From Eledone cirrhosa (lineage: Eukaryota): 64,000 nucleotides of DNA. This document shows, piece by piece, positions 15,718-28,000 of this stretch; within the stretch, counting starts at the first letter, position 1; every line of letters begins with the position of its first letter. Position numbers and translations under genes: made by a program. The stretch spans positions 99,076,001 to 99,140,000 of the forward strand of contig OZ024742.1 in the NCBI GenBank assembly GCA_964016885.1, in the 5' to 3' direction. The notes below the pieces were generated by a model. That model worked only from the letters and a program-made list of their open reading frames with translations, was not told the DNA's origin and ran no database searches.

Positions 15718-17181
15718 CTATATATAGGGCTTAAAGTTTTGGAAGGAATGTCTGAGGCGGTGCTGGCAAGTTGCAAACACCTCAGATTTTTTGTTAAGTA
15801 GGTTACGGTTGGAGAAGATAATATTGTGTGTTTCTAGTATACAGAGGTTACAGAATTTATTAGGTGGTTTGTACGAGGTCGCGCTGCCTATCACTTCCCA
15901 TTTGAGTGTGTATGGTTTATTTTTAGATTTTAGATAGTGTATGTAGCTAGAAAGTGAGGTGGAGTTGGCTAGGCTGTGCTTTTTGAACGAGTGGATGTGC
16001 GAGTTATATCTAATTTTGAAGCAGTTAGAAGTGGAGCCTACATAGGTTTCTGTAGAGTTATTAGTCGTGACTGTGCATGAGTATATGACATCCTTGGTTA
16101 GGCATTTTTTATCTAAAGGGCAGGTTCTATTAGCTCTACAGTTACAATTATTCTGTGCGTTAGTCCGCTGGTTATAATGCAATGCGGAAGTCTGTGTGGT
16201 GGATATAGGATTTTGGGTGTTCAGGTTGACAACCCTGGTGTTATTACTTATACTATTGTTATTTCTATTGTTACTGCCGTTGCTATTGTTGCTTGCTACA
16301 GTGGTATTTAGAGGGTTTGCATCCCGTTGTGATTTTGTTTGTTGGAAGTAAGAACTAATTTTACTATTATTGCTGCTAGCTATGTGGTATGCTAAGTTAG
16401 GCGTCGTAGAGTATGAGATTTTAATGGTGTTTTTGTTTAAGAGGTTGTGGTACTTGTGTCCTAGAGGGAAGTTTTTATCTAGTAGTGAGAAGAAAGCCCT
16501 AGGTATGTTGGTGGAGACATTTAGGTTGAAAGGAGGGTTGAAAAATGTATTATTTCTTCTTCTATTTTTGCTTTTAGTGTTTGGTGTGTTGCTTCCTCCT
16601 AAGGCCTCACAGTAGTTTCCATGGTAATGGTTACCTCCGGTGGCACCCTCCGCTTTGGTGTACTTGTGGTTGCTATTCCTATTATTAGATTTCCTCATGG
16701 ACATGTTGTGCGAGATGATGTTGTAGCTATGTGTTTTCTTAGGTAGGAACTCTATTTCTATATTATGGCCGGAGCTAGCTAATGCTTGATTGTAATATTG
16801 TGAGTTTTTGCTAAATATGTTTGCGTCATAGGACAGACTAGAGATTCTATTGGACACCCCCTTAGAGATAGAGTTTAATATTGATCTAGGGTGATTAGAC
16901 TTGGTATCTACGTAAATAAGTTTCTCATTAGGCTTATGGAAAGGTGTATATATTTTTGAGTCTAGGTATAGTGTGGCGTCTAGGAAGTTAACATTTTTAG
17001 TGTTTTTGTCCATGGTGATACTAAGGTTAAAGTTTTTGAATGTCTTATGCAGTTGTTTTCTAGTTCTTTCTATATTAAATTTTTTATATTCTATGAGTAG
17101 AAGTGCATCATCGCGGTACAAACCACCGTTGAGGTAAGGGAGGTCTTTATGGATTTCATTGAGGAGGTATAGGCCGACCAA
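15718..17181 (-). CDS. Penelope-like RT C-terminal half (YRDD) + thumb + Asn-rich linker + GIY-YIG endonuclease
   Basis: GGLYRDD, VNFLDATL, SNHP, FNPPF, CNCR..CPL..C, VIY...YVG, CNLC, LNKKSE, CQH. Confidence 0.93.
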   Translation of the reverse strand: MVGLYLLNEIHKDLPYLNGGLYRDDALLLIEYKKFNIERTRKQLHKTFKNFNLSITMDKNTKNVNFLDATLYLDSKIYTPFHKPNEKLIYVDTKSNHPRSILNSISKGVSNRISSLSYDANIFSKNSQYYNQALASSGHNIEIEFLPKKTHSYNIISHNMSMRKSNNRNSNHKYTKAEGATGGNHYHGNYCEALGGSNTPNTKSKNRRRNNTFFNPPFNLNVSTNIPRAFFSLLDKNFPLGHKYHNLLNKNTIKISYSTTPNLAYHIASSNNSKISSYFQQTKSQRDANPLNTTVASNNSNGSNNRNNNSISNNTRVVNLNTQNPISTTQTSALHYNQRTNAQNNCNCRANRTCPLDKKCLTKDVIYSCTVTTNNSTETYVGSTSNCFKIRYNSHIHSFKKHSLANSTSLSSYIHYLKSKNKPYTLKWEVIGSATSYKPPNKFCNLCILETHNIIFSNRNLLNKKSEVFATCQHRLRHSFQNFKPYI

Positions 17182-17189
17182 ATCAGTGA

Positions 17190-17764
17190 CCTGCGTTGTT
17201 TAAGGTGTATCTTGTGTTTAATTTGTGGGATGATTTTATCCAAAATCTTCTTGCTGATAATACCAATGTCGGACTTGGAAGGGCAGATAAGTCTTATCGT
17301 GGGGTTGCTGATGAAGTTCTCCTTATGGTCCTTCAGAGAGAATCTAGGGGGGTTCGGAGTGAAAGGTTGTGTATGCCTCTGTAGTCCTAGTTTAGACACT
17401 ATATTATAACCCTTTACATTAATATCTTCTAAGTTTTTCAAGGTGGTTTTTTTGTAGCTTTTATGTAGTTCATTATATATAAACTTTCTATAAGTAATAT
17501 AATCTAGGCTGTATATGTTATTAGTTTTATCTGCGTGTACAATAATTTTATTACTAGTTTTGAATCCACTAATAGAAGTGTTAAGTTTGTTTAAGAAGGT
17601 GTTGCTTCTAATATGGTGCTTATTGTATTTAATGTTCTTAACTAGTTTAACTAGGTCATTTTCAAAGGAGTTAAGTAGAGTGTTATGAGGGGGGCTTTTA
17701 AAGGTTTTAAAGCCGAAGGAGTCAAAATTGTTAGTATTATTCAAGTTGTTAGATTTGTTTCTAT
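17190..17764 (-). pseudogene. Penelope-like RT N-terminal part, 5'-truncated and frameshifted by an internal deletion
   Basis: FGFK, ADKTNNIY, LKDHKENF..NP..RLICPSKSDIG. The junction IHLKQ|AQVTDLVG lacks the FDI..Y to MG segment that is present in 10537-11103. Confidence 0.85.
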
Positions 17765-17839
17765 CCTAATGAGAAACTTATTTACGTAGATACCAAGTCT
17801 AATCACCCTAGATCAATATTAAACTCTATCTCTAAGGGG

Positions 17840-18979
17840 GTGTCCAATAGAATCTCTAGTCTGTCCTATGACGCAAACATATTTAGCAAAAACTCACAAT
17901 ATTACAATCAAGCATTAGCTAGCTCCGGCCATAATATAGAAATAGAGTTCCTACCTAAGAAAACACATAGCTACAACATCATCTCGCACAACATGTCCAT
18001 GAGGAAATCTAATAATAGGAATAGCAACCACAAGTACACCAAAGCGGAGGGTGCCACCGGAGGTAACCATTACCATGGAAACTACTGTGAGGCCTTAGGA
18101 GGAAGCAACACACCAAACACTAAAAGCAAAAATAGAAGAAGAAATAATACATTTTTCAACCCTCCTTTCAACCTAAATGTCTCCACCAACATACCTAGGG
18201 CTTTCTTCTCACTACTAGATAAAAACTTCCCTCTAGGACACAAGTACCACAACCTCTTAAACAAAAACACCATTAAAATCTCATACTCTACGACGCCTAA
18301 CTTAGCATACCACATAGCTAGCAGCAATAATAGTAAAATTAGTTCTTACTTCCAACAAACAAAATCACAACGGGATGCAAACCCTCTAAATACCACTGTA
18401 GCAAGCAACAATAGCAACGGCAGTAACAATAGAAATAACAATAGTATAAGTAATAACACCAGGGTTGTCAACCTGAACACCCAAAATCCTATATCCACCA
18501 CACAGACTTCCGCATTGCATTATAACCAGCGGACTAACGCACAGAATAATTGTAACTGTAGAGCTAATAGAACCTGCCCTTTAGATAAAAAATGCCTAAC
18601 CAAGGATGTCATATACTCATGCACAGTCACGACTAATAACTCTACAGAAACCTATGTAGGCTCCACTTCTAACTGCTTCAAAATTAGATATAACTCGCAC
18701 ATCCACTCGTTCAAAAAGCACAGCCTAGCCAACTCCACCTCACTTTCTAGCTACATACACTATCTAAAATCTAAAAATAAACCATACACACTCAAATGGG
18801 AAGTGATAGGCAGCGCGACCTCGTACAAACCACCTAATAAATTCTGTAACCTCTGTATACTAGAAACACACAATATTATCTTCTCCAACCGTAACCTACT
18901 TAACAAAAAATCTGAGGTGTTTGCAACTTGCCAGCACCGCCTCAGACATTCCTTCCAAAACTTTAAGCCCTATATATAG
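17840..18979 (+). CDS. duplicated 3' part of the Penelope ORF (thumb/linker + GIY-YIG) in the inverted arm
   Basis: Protein identical to the C-terminal part of ORF 15718..17181. Confidence 0.85.
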   Translation: MSNRISSLSYDANIFSKNSQYYNQALASSGHNIEIEFLPKKTHSYNIISHNMSMRKSNNRNSNHKYTKAEGATGGNHYHGNYCEALGGSNTPNTKSKNRRRNNTFFNPPFNLNVSTNIPRAFFSLLDKNFPLGHKYHNLLNKNTIKISYSTTPNLAYHIASSNNSKISSYFQQTKSQRDANPLNTTVASNNSNGSNNRNNNSISNNTRVVNLNTQNPISTTQTSALHYNQRTNAQNNCNCRANRTCPLDKKCLTKDVIYSCTVTTNNSTETYVGSTSNCFKIRYNSHIHSFKKHSLANSTSLSSYIHYLKSKNKPYTLKWEVIGSATSYKPPNKFCNLCILETHNIIFSNRNLLNKKSEVFATCQHRLRHSFQNFKPYI

Positions 18980-20400
18980 CAATGTCGGACTGGAACCTAA
19001 CACCACACCTAGCATCAAACACCAGAGACACACCCTATACTACATACCCAACACTAGCTGATCCATTATAACACAAACAACGACATCCCTCTGGAACCCT
19101 TCGCAGGGAAAATACCCATTTATACCTCTACGGCAGGTGTGACAACATCCACCCACCTGGACGGCACTACACCGCTCTAAGGGTAATTTGAGCATGAATT
19201 GATCGGTTGGATGGTGTTGGGCAGAGGAAACACCTTCCTTAGACAGATGTAAAATGATTTAATCGAGTAGCGCTGTTGACCAGTAGGACCGGGCTGCTGA
19301 GCGCAGTGAGTGAATGCAATGCAACTGCCGTGCGGGTTGTACGTATATGGATGATCTGACGGTCAGAGAGGGGTCGCGAGGACTGCGGATTGACCTTTGG
19401 CCTGCCTGGGGACGATTATCTTTCGACATCCAATGTAGCAAGCGATGACCCAGATCTTACCAGAGATCATTGGGTCCTGAAGCAATCCTGCAATCACCGC
19501 GCCTGGTCATATGAGCAGACTACAACCACAGAGATCATTAATTTAGAATCCTCGCTCATCATCTATAATTTCCATTTGTAGCACCTTAAGATGGGTTAAT
19601 CCACCTTAATAATAATATGATCACCTTCAGCATAATTTAGTTAATCTACTCTATAGTTAGTACACTTTATGCTTTATAAGTCTCTCTTGGAAGGTGCACC
19701 TCACCATAGAATTTAGGGTCCATATTGGGACACATTTTAATGGCTAGATATGGAAACCACAGAGTTACCTCCCCGCATGCATTAACTCCCCTTAGCCACA
19801 CACACACTTCCGGTATTCAATGGCGTCTCTCGAAACGTAACAACCTCCTGTATCGAACTAAAGAACACCAGACTACGATCTCTAACTGGATTGTCGTGGA
19901 TTATGTGAAGGGCATATAATCGAAATATACACTCCCTTGACCATGAAAATGCCGAAGTACATGAATTACTTGACATCCCTGCGTTGTGCATCTCCAATAC
20001 TTATAACACTTTTAATGCTTGCACTATCTTTAATGCTTATAATATTTCTCCACACACAGACTACATCAATCATATAAAGACTTTGCCACCAGATCTACCA
20101 ACCTAACACTCTTATTTACCTACCTAAGTGCCTCTACCACACATATCTCTCTGCCACACTATATAAACAAGACGCACATGCGTGCCACACATATAACATT
20201 TGCACTATATAACCACTTATCTTCATGTTGTACTTTAACCTATATCTTTGATTTTTGATTGTACCTATTAATATAAATGTAATCTCGAAGTGTGTACTGC
20301 CACTCTAAATTTTGTAATGAATGTTGACCCACAATGTTTGAATATGTATCAATGTTTGAATATGTGTTGGTATGTCTCTCGGCTGAAAAGGAGGTCATAT

Positions 20401-20489
20401 AACTGTCCATGCATTAATAAATTGCTCCGAAGAATCCAAACCTCGGTTTGGAGGAAACAGCTGTAAGCACAATAATGTTTTGAACAGTT
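20401..20489 (+). ncRNA. type I hammerhead ribozyme of Penelope pLTR (CCGAAGA core)
   Basis: ugcu-CCGAAGA-a uccaaacc uc gguuugga g-GAAAC-AGCU-GUA-agca; palindromic stem III; distal stem I pairs cauua/uaaug and aacugu/acaguu. Confidence 0.82.
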
Positions 20490-20509
20490 CTTTGATTCTT
20501 ATATTTCAT

Positions 20510-20578
<69 letters not shown>

Positions 20579-20702
20579 CGTTTCCGATTTTATTTAGCAA
20601 GATTCTTTATCTGAAAACGTGTGTTGAAACTGATATTGTTATACTTTGAGAACGACCGCAAATTCATAAATTTTTTAAATTTATAATTTAATCTGTTGTT
20701 TT

Positions 20703-21517
20703 AATATATTAAAATAACAGATTAAAGTTTAAGCAAATAATCGCTGCTTTCAACCTTCACGGGATCTTCTGAAACTAAAAGAATCTATCTGTGAACGCAG
20801 AAGTAAATATTTCGAAAGACGTTCCAACCGAACAACCGAAGGAAGACAGGACGACGATACTTTGGTTCGTGGAAACGTTCCCTGGCAAAGAACAAAGAAA
20901 AAACGAAGATAATACGTCATTATTTGGAGCGGTAAGTTCAAATCCCGCCGAGGTTAACTTTGCCTTTCATCCTTCCGGGGTCGATAAAATAAAGTACCAG
21001 TAATGCACTGGATAATTTGTGGCCTTGTGCTAAAAGTAGAAACAATCATTTGAGCTGTAAAAAAATTACACGCAAAGAAGTTGTAGAAGTAAATGAAGTT
21101 GCAGACTAATATTCTATTAGGTGGTTCGTGGAGATGTTCCCTGGCAATGAACGGAAAAAACGATGATGATACGTCATTATGTGGAGCGTTGCGAACAATT
21201 ACACGCAAAGACAAAACCACGTTTATGGTATAACTGAAGTCGTAGACTAAAATTCTATTTAGGAAACCGAATGATTCTCAGCTTCAGAGTTAAGAATAAT
21301 GTAAATAACTTACAGAGGTTATTAAAATCAACAATAATTAAAAATATAGATACACGCATACGTACATACATACGCATATGCGGAAACAGCGGCCTGGGTA
21401 TGCAAATACAGGCACGTACACAAAGCCACGTGCACACATACAGAAAGCCACGCATCGCCTGTACCCGCACACATACGAACGTTTACACCAAATACACATA
21501 AAACATATTTAAAAAAA

Positions 21518-21553
<36 letters not shown>

Positions 21554-23590
21554 AATATATATACACAAAATATATATATACATGTGTGTGTGTGTGTGCG
21601 CGCGTATACATATAATTATATGTACGTATATAAATATACAAACATAAATACGTATATAATGCACGCACACACACACCCACATGTAAATACACATATGTTC
21701 TTTAAACACCGTCAACCAAAACACAAAGTACATATATACACACACCCTACATACGTGCAAACCCGCATTCACACACAAACGCAAAACTCACGTATACACA
21801 TAACCATATACACATATACCAGTATATATAATATAATATATACGCCTATTACAAATACAAGCAAATATACGTACGTGAAAGTATACGTACCTTTACAAAA
21901 CATCACAGGTAATATATACTTACCTATACAAATAAGTAGTGTATAAACATAAAATATACTTAGCTACCACATCAAGACGTAAATTATCCGCGTATAGTTC
22001 GTACTATCCATTAGGGTATAAAGTGGGACTGTAATACAGGAGAGTTTTGTGCAATTTATGTTTGCAAGCCGAAATTGCCTAAGATTTTTTATTTAAGATG
22101 TGGTCATTGGCGTTTCAGCTTATATCTGGAGTCTAAAAGACAATCACACCAAATATACGTTACACTGGGAGATCCTAGCTAGGGCTAGACCCTATAACGG
22201 AAATAAAAGATCATGTGACCTCTGCGTCGTAGAAGCCCTGGAAATACTCTACGCCAAAGACCACATCTTAAAAAAAGAATTCTGAGGCAATTTCGGCTTG
22301 TAAACATAAATTGCACAAAACTTTCCTGTATTAAAACCCCACTTTATACTTTATAACGGATAATACGATCTATACGCGGGGGACTTACGTCTTGATGTGT
22401 TAGCTAAGTATATTTCATGTTTATACCATTACTTATTTATATAGGTAAGTATATCTTACCTGTATGTTTTGTGAAAGAACGTATACTTTCTCGTACGTAT
22501 ATTTGATTGTATTTGTTATAGACGTGTGTATTATATTATATATACTGGTACATGTGTATATGGTTATATGTATATGTGAGTTTTGCGTTTGTGTGTGTAT
22601 GCGGGTTTGCACGTATGTAGGGTGTATATGTGTACTTTGTGTTTTGGTTGACGTACGTTTAAAGAACATATGTATATTTACATGTGGGGGGGGGGTGCGC
22701 GCGTTATATACGTATATATTTGTATATTTATTTATTTATATACGTATTTATGTGTATATTTATATACGTTTATATAATTATATGTATACGCGTGCACACA
22801 CGCACACACGTTTATATATATTGTTTGTATATATATATATATATATATATATTTCTTTTTATGTTTTATGTGTATTTGGTGTATACGTTCGTATGTGTGC
22901 GGGTACAGACGTTGCGTGAGCTTTTGTATGTTTGCGCGTGCTTTTGTTTGCGTGCCTGTATTTGCATACCCATAGCGAGTGTTTCCGCGTATGTATGTAC
23001 GTATGCGTGCATCTATATTTTTAATTATTGTTGATTTCAATAACCTCTGTAATTTATTTACATTATTATTAACTCTGAAGACGAGAATCATTCGGTTTCC
23101 TAAATAGAATTTTAGTCTACGACCTCAGCTATGCCATGATACTCATCGCTCCACATAATGACGTATTATCTTCGTTTTTTGCGTTCATTGCCAAGTAACA
23201 TCGCCACGAACCACTTAATAGAATATTAGTCTACGACTTCGTTTATACCATGATCGTGGTTTTGTCTTTGCGTGTAATTGTTTTCACCGCTGCAAATAAT
23301 GACGTATTATCTTCGCTTTTTCGTTCTTTGCCAGGGAACGTTTCCACGAACCAAAGTATCGTTTCCTGTCTTCCTTCGGTTGGCAACGTTTTTCGAAAAG
23401 TTTAATTCTGTGTTCACAGATTGATTTCTTTAATTTCAGAAGATCCCGTCACGGGTGAAAGCAGCGATTCTTTGTATAATTTTAATATGTTATTTTAATA
23501 AATATTTGCTCTACAGTTCTTATATATTTGATATATATTTATTATTATCGAGCCCTCTTTGTATTTTAGTCTTCAAATTTATTAATATTA

Positions 23591-23592
<2 letters not shown>
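20703..23592. mobile_element. family D Penelope remnant as a diverged ~2.9-kb fold-back, with GIY-YIG tail at 22109-22320 and HHR at 20717-20792 (-)
   Basis: Left arm minus, right arm plus; ORF 22100 reads SAYIWSLKDN...CDLC; a partial SINE is inserted at ~20933-21048. Confidence 0.85.
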
Positions 23593-23652
<60 letters not shown>

Positions 23653-23734
23653 GTACATGTACATATATGTGTGTGTGTTTATGTGTGCGTAAGTATACGT
23701 CGATGTTTGATTCTATATATACATATATATATAC

Positions 23735-23779
<45 letters not shown>

Positions 23780-23784
<5 letters not shown>

Positions 23785-24214
23785 AAAGAATAGAGGTGTA
23801 ACACACAAGTTATTATATATTGGTAAACGGAATGGAAAATGCTGACAAATTGTTCACAGATGAAAAATGGTTTAATTAGGAATAAAAGAGTATTAGTAAT
23901 TGTATGGGCTAGTATTCAGTTGTGGTTTTAAGTTTTAAGTTTTTAAGTTTTTACCGGTTGCGCATTTCTAAATGCTTTTCAAAAATAATTTTGAGATAGA
24001 GTGTCCGTGTTGTTTGCTCTGATCAGAGCAAACAACACGGACACTCTATCTCAAAATTATTTTTGAAAAGCATTTAGAAATGCGCAACCGGTAAAAACTT
24101 AAAAACTTAAAACCACAACTGAATACTAGCCCATACAATTACTAATACTCTTTTATTCCTAATTAAACCATTTTTCAACTGTGAACAATTTGTCAGCATT
24201 TTCTATTCCGTTTA

Positions 24215-24222
<8 letters not shown>
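23780..24222. repeat. ~400-bp spacerless palindrome of family F module
   Basis: Centre tctga|tcaga at 24022/24023; the arms match except a 7-nt indel and a few substitutions. Confidence 0.9.
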
Positions 24223-24295
<73 letters not shown>

Positions 24296-24614
24296 TTTAA
24301 AAATGAAGAAAATATAGTTAATTTTCAATTGAAAACTGTAAAGTTGTGTATGATTACTAAAATATCTTCTGACATCAATTAAGCTAAAAATGGCTAGACA
24401 TTAAAATCCCCTTTGTGTGTATAGATACTATATATTCCTTTAGAAATAATAAACGGTTCGGTGAGATTATCCTCCATCTATATTTTTGTTGTATCATTCA
24501 ATATGTTTAAAATACTTCTTCAGCTTCCGTTTATTTTCCATATCCTTATGTTTATGTGTCTAGGAGGGTGTATATATGAATACATAAATATCTACATGCG
24601 CGCGCACACACACG

Positions 24615-24741
<127 letters not shown>

Positions 24742-24792
24742 GTGTGTGTGTGTGTGTGTGAGAAAAGCCACAGACCCTCCATCTCAACTCTA

Positions 24793-24828
24793 CTTTTGAA
24801 AAGCAGAAGAACTGCGAAACCGGTAAAG
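24793..24828 (+). ncRNA. minimal hammerhead with U3-A8 core (UUGAAAA)
   Basis: cuu-UUGAAAA-gcag aagaa cugc-GAAA-CCGG-UA-aag; short stem I. Confidence 0.55.
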
Positions 24829-24950
24829 GAACCAAACCAATATATATTTAAAAAAGACTCCAGTTGCATTTTCGATTTCATCCTTTTGCCTTATACGTTC
24901 ACTCGTGTAGGACACCTCGGTTATTTTTCATATTGTAAAATAAACCTCAC

Positions 24951-25003
<53 letters not shown>

Positions 25004-25016
25004 TATATATATATAT

Positions 25017-25081
<65 letters not shown>

Positions 25082-28000
25082 TATAAATGAAAAGTATAGA
25101 AATTGTAGCAAGAAGCCAACAGTATTCCATAATATATAAGTGATTATAGCGTCAAAATGGGAAAATAGTTAACGTAAGATGTGGGAAAAATAATAATATA
25201 TATACATATATATATATATATGACATATATAAGTGTGTGTACTTGTGTGTGTGTGTGTGTTCGAAGATCCAAAGTAGTACGCAGAACACAAACTTTGGAA
25301 TAGATTTAGAATTTCAGTTTGGTAACATTGCTAAATTTGTTTCTACATCCCAATTGTGGTTTCTTGTTCATTATGTCGAAGAGGACAAACTCTCGAAATT
25401 CAAAATATTGATCACTCTTCGATAGGTTTGTGATCGAGCCAGCAGCAGTGGTAACGTCCAGCGTTCTAAGCCCCTTAAACACACCGCATACTCATTACTA
25501 TTTGGGCGGATTTCGTGGGGATAACTAGGACAAACCCTTTAGGAAAACACATCTACCGAAAGAAAGTTTATAGTATGTAAGATAAACCTGCAGATAAACT
25601 GCAAAAGTAGAAATGTAATATATAGTATAAGATATATTTGAGGGATGATGCAAAAACATAACGACATACATAGGAGAACCAAGCCGTAGTATGAGACAAA
25701 GGTTAGAGGAACTGGCGAGAAATTATGTACAAGAAAAGCACATCAGGGCTATACCAACATGCCAAAATATAATACTGGAGCTCAATAGATAACCTAGAAT
25801 AAAATATCCTATCCACACATAAAATTACGGTGAATAGGTTGACAATATTTACCAATGCCAACTTGCTCAGCTTTTTCTTCCAACTACCAATATGTTTTTT
25901 TCGCTGTGACAGTTTACATTTTTTATCCACACCGCTATCCCATTATTCTCTTTCCGGTATATTCCTTAACTTTTGCCTGTCTCATTCTGTCTTTTTTTTT
26001 ACACGACACTTGGACAAAAAGCTCTGTTAATTTTTCCCTGGCGTTTATTCGTGTTCAGACAAAGTCTTCATTATTCCTTGTTGTGCCTGTTCCTGTTAAA
26101 GACGTAACACTTTTTTCCAGTTTACTCTTTCAGGTTTAATTTATTTTGTTGCGATATTGTAATTTTTTCTTCATTCTGTTGTATATCGAGAGATATACCG
26201 TTCATTCACCGATGTATTAATCTGTTCCGTTGACTATTTTCTGTATGTCTAACGTGATTTGCATTGTTTCTCACACATCTTTTCCAGGGGTTTAAATAAG
26301 ACCAAGTCACCGCCTGTGTCTGGACAGCCCCCTTTCGACTCCATCAGGAATAAAGGCCCGTTATTTTTTTTATTATCAAACATACGAATGGAAGTAATAG
26401 TCATTTTGTTGATGGGGTAGATTTAGTATTGCAACTTATGATAGTTGTAGTGTGATGTCATTAATCTGAATGAAGTTAGTGGCAATGTTTTTAATTTTTA
26501 TTAGTCCTAATATTGTATAGACTAATTTTCTTTTTGTTATAATACTAATGTTTTGTAGACTCATTCATTTAGCCGTGGTTGTGGTGGTAGAAGTTGTTGT
26601 GATGATAGTTATGGTTATGGCGGTCGTGTTGGACAGAAAGAAAACGTTTCTAACTAAAACATATTAGATGACGGAGAAGTTGATTCTTGGGGGAAATCTT
26701 ATTTGTCTGCAACATTGTATGAATTATTAACCAGATTATTGCTAACCCTCACCTCGCTTCATTAACAACCAACCGAACATGTTTGTTGCACACTAAAAGA
26801 CAGCCGAGAAAGAAAACTTACAAATGAATTTCTAGCAATTTCTTTTATTATTGGCGGCAATAATAAAACTGGATCGGATTGGCATCTCATAAAATATATA
26901 GAATAGCTGTGAGAAAGTCAGTTTATGCTGAAGTGGAAGGATGTGTATTGAGTTGTACAGTTATGTACAGTGTTATTATGTTATGATGAAGTGTAAAAAG
27001 CAATATGGATGTTTAGTGAGATGCTTTAAGATGCGTGGATATATATGGACTGTGTGATGTTGTGCAAATTTGGAGGGAGCATGCCGGAGGTGTAGAGAGC
27101 TAGGAGAACGAGTACGGAATCGACCGGATATGTATGAAGTTTTATGAAATGTGTTAATGGTGCGTATGAGTCAGCATAGACGTGTAAATAATTATTTGAA
27201 AAAGTACGGTGCTGTGTCAAGATCTGCTAATGTATACGAGAATGTGTCAGCATGTAGAGAACCATTCGTTAAGATATGTAAGACCTTTCATATAATTATT
27301 TATATGGATCTTCTAGCTATATGTTTGTTGAGAATATTTAAAAGAATTTGTCACGTTGTGCCGGTATGTAACGAAATGTGTGGGCGTCAATTATGTAATG
27401 AGCTTTTAGAATTTTGGCAGAGTTGTCCGGTGTTTGGTGGATATACAAAGATTTGTATTGAGTAGGGCAGATGTGCGCGAAAGGCAGTCCTGCAGACCAG
27501 AGAAATTCAATTGCTTAGCTGGAAGTAACAAAGTGCTAATAATAAACATAACGGGAGGATTTGATAAAATAATGTATTGATTCCTTAATAGAAGAAAGAT
27601 GGTGTTGCAGGTGCTGATTCCATAAGGTATTTGTGGGTGTGGTTTTCGTTATTATTTATTTGTGTGTTTTGGTTTTCATTTTTGGCGGCTAATGTTACAT
27701 GTTTGTCAGCATTGTGTAATTAGAAGATGAAGCCAGTCTATGTCTATGAGAATATAATGGAATAATTCAGTTGTTTATCGTCACAACTTATGGTATTTTA
27801 TGTACAGTCAAGACAAAAGTGTAATAGAAGATTGAGATCTTAATTGGCCAGCAGCCTTGGAGATTTAGAATCCGATCATCAGTAGAGTCGTCAATTCAAT
27901 ATATTTAATCCAGCAGTCTCCAGCATAATTTATGTGACCAGAAAGTTATTATTTAAACAGTTGTAAGGTTAATGAGAGGGGGAATTTATATTGCGTTAGT

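Larger units (their letters stand above)
14022..20512 (-). mobile_element. Penelope-like (Naiad-type) retroelement with 2.75-kb inverted arm
   Basis: 14185-16932 is the reverse complement of 17765-20512 with constant offset (no indels); RT-GIY-YIG ORFs; HHR near each outer end; both ends in (TA)n. Confidence 0.93.

Noticed and set aside
15718-18979. Selenocysteine (UGA) recoding, reported for some Naiad elements
   Set aside because: No in-frame UGA at Cys positions in these GIY-YIG frames
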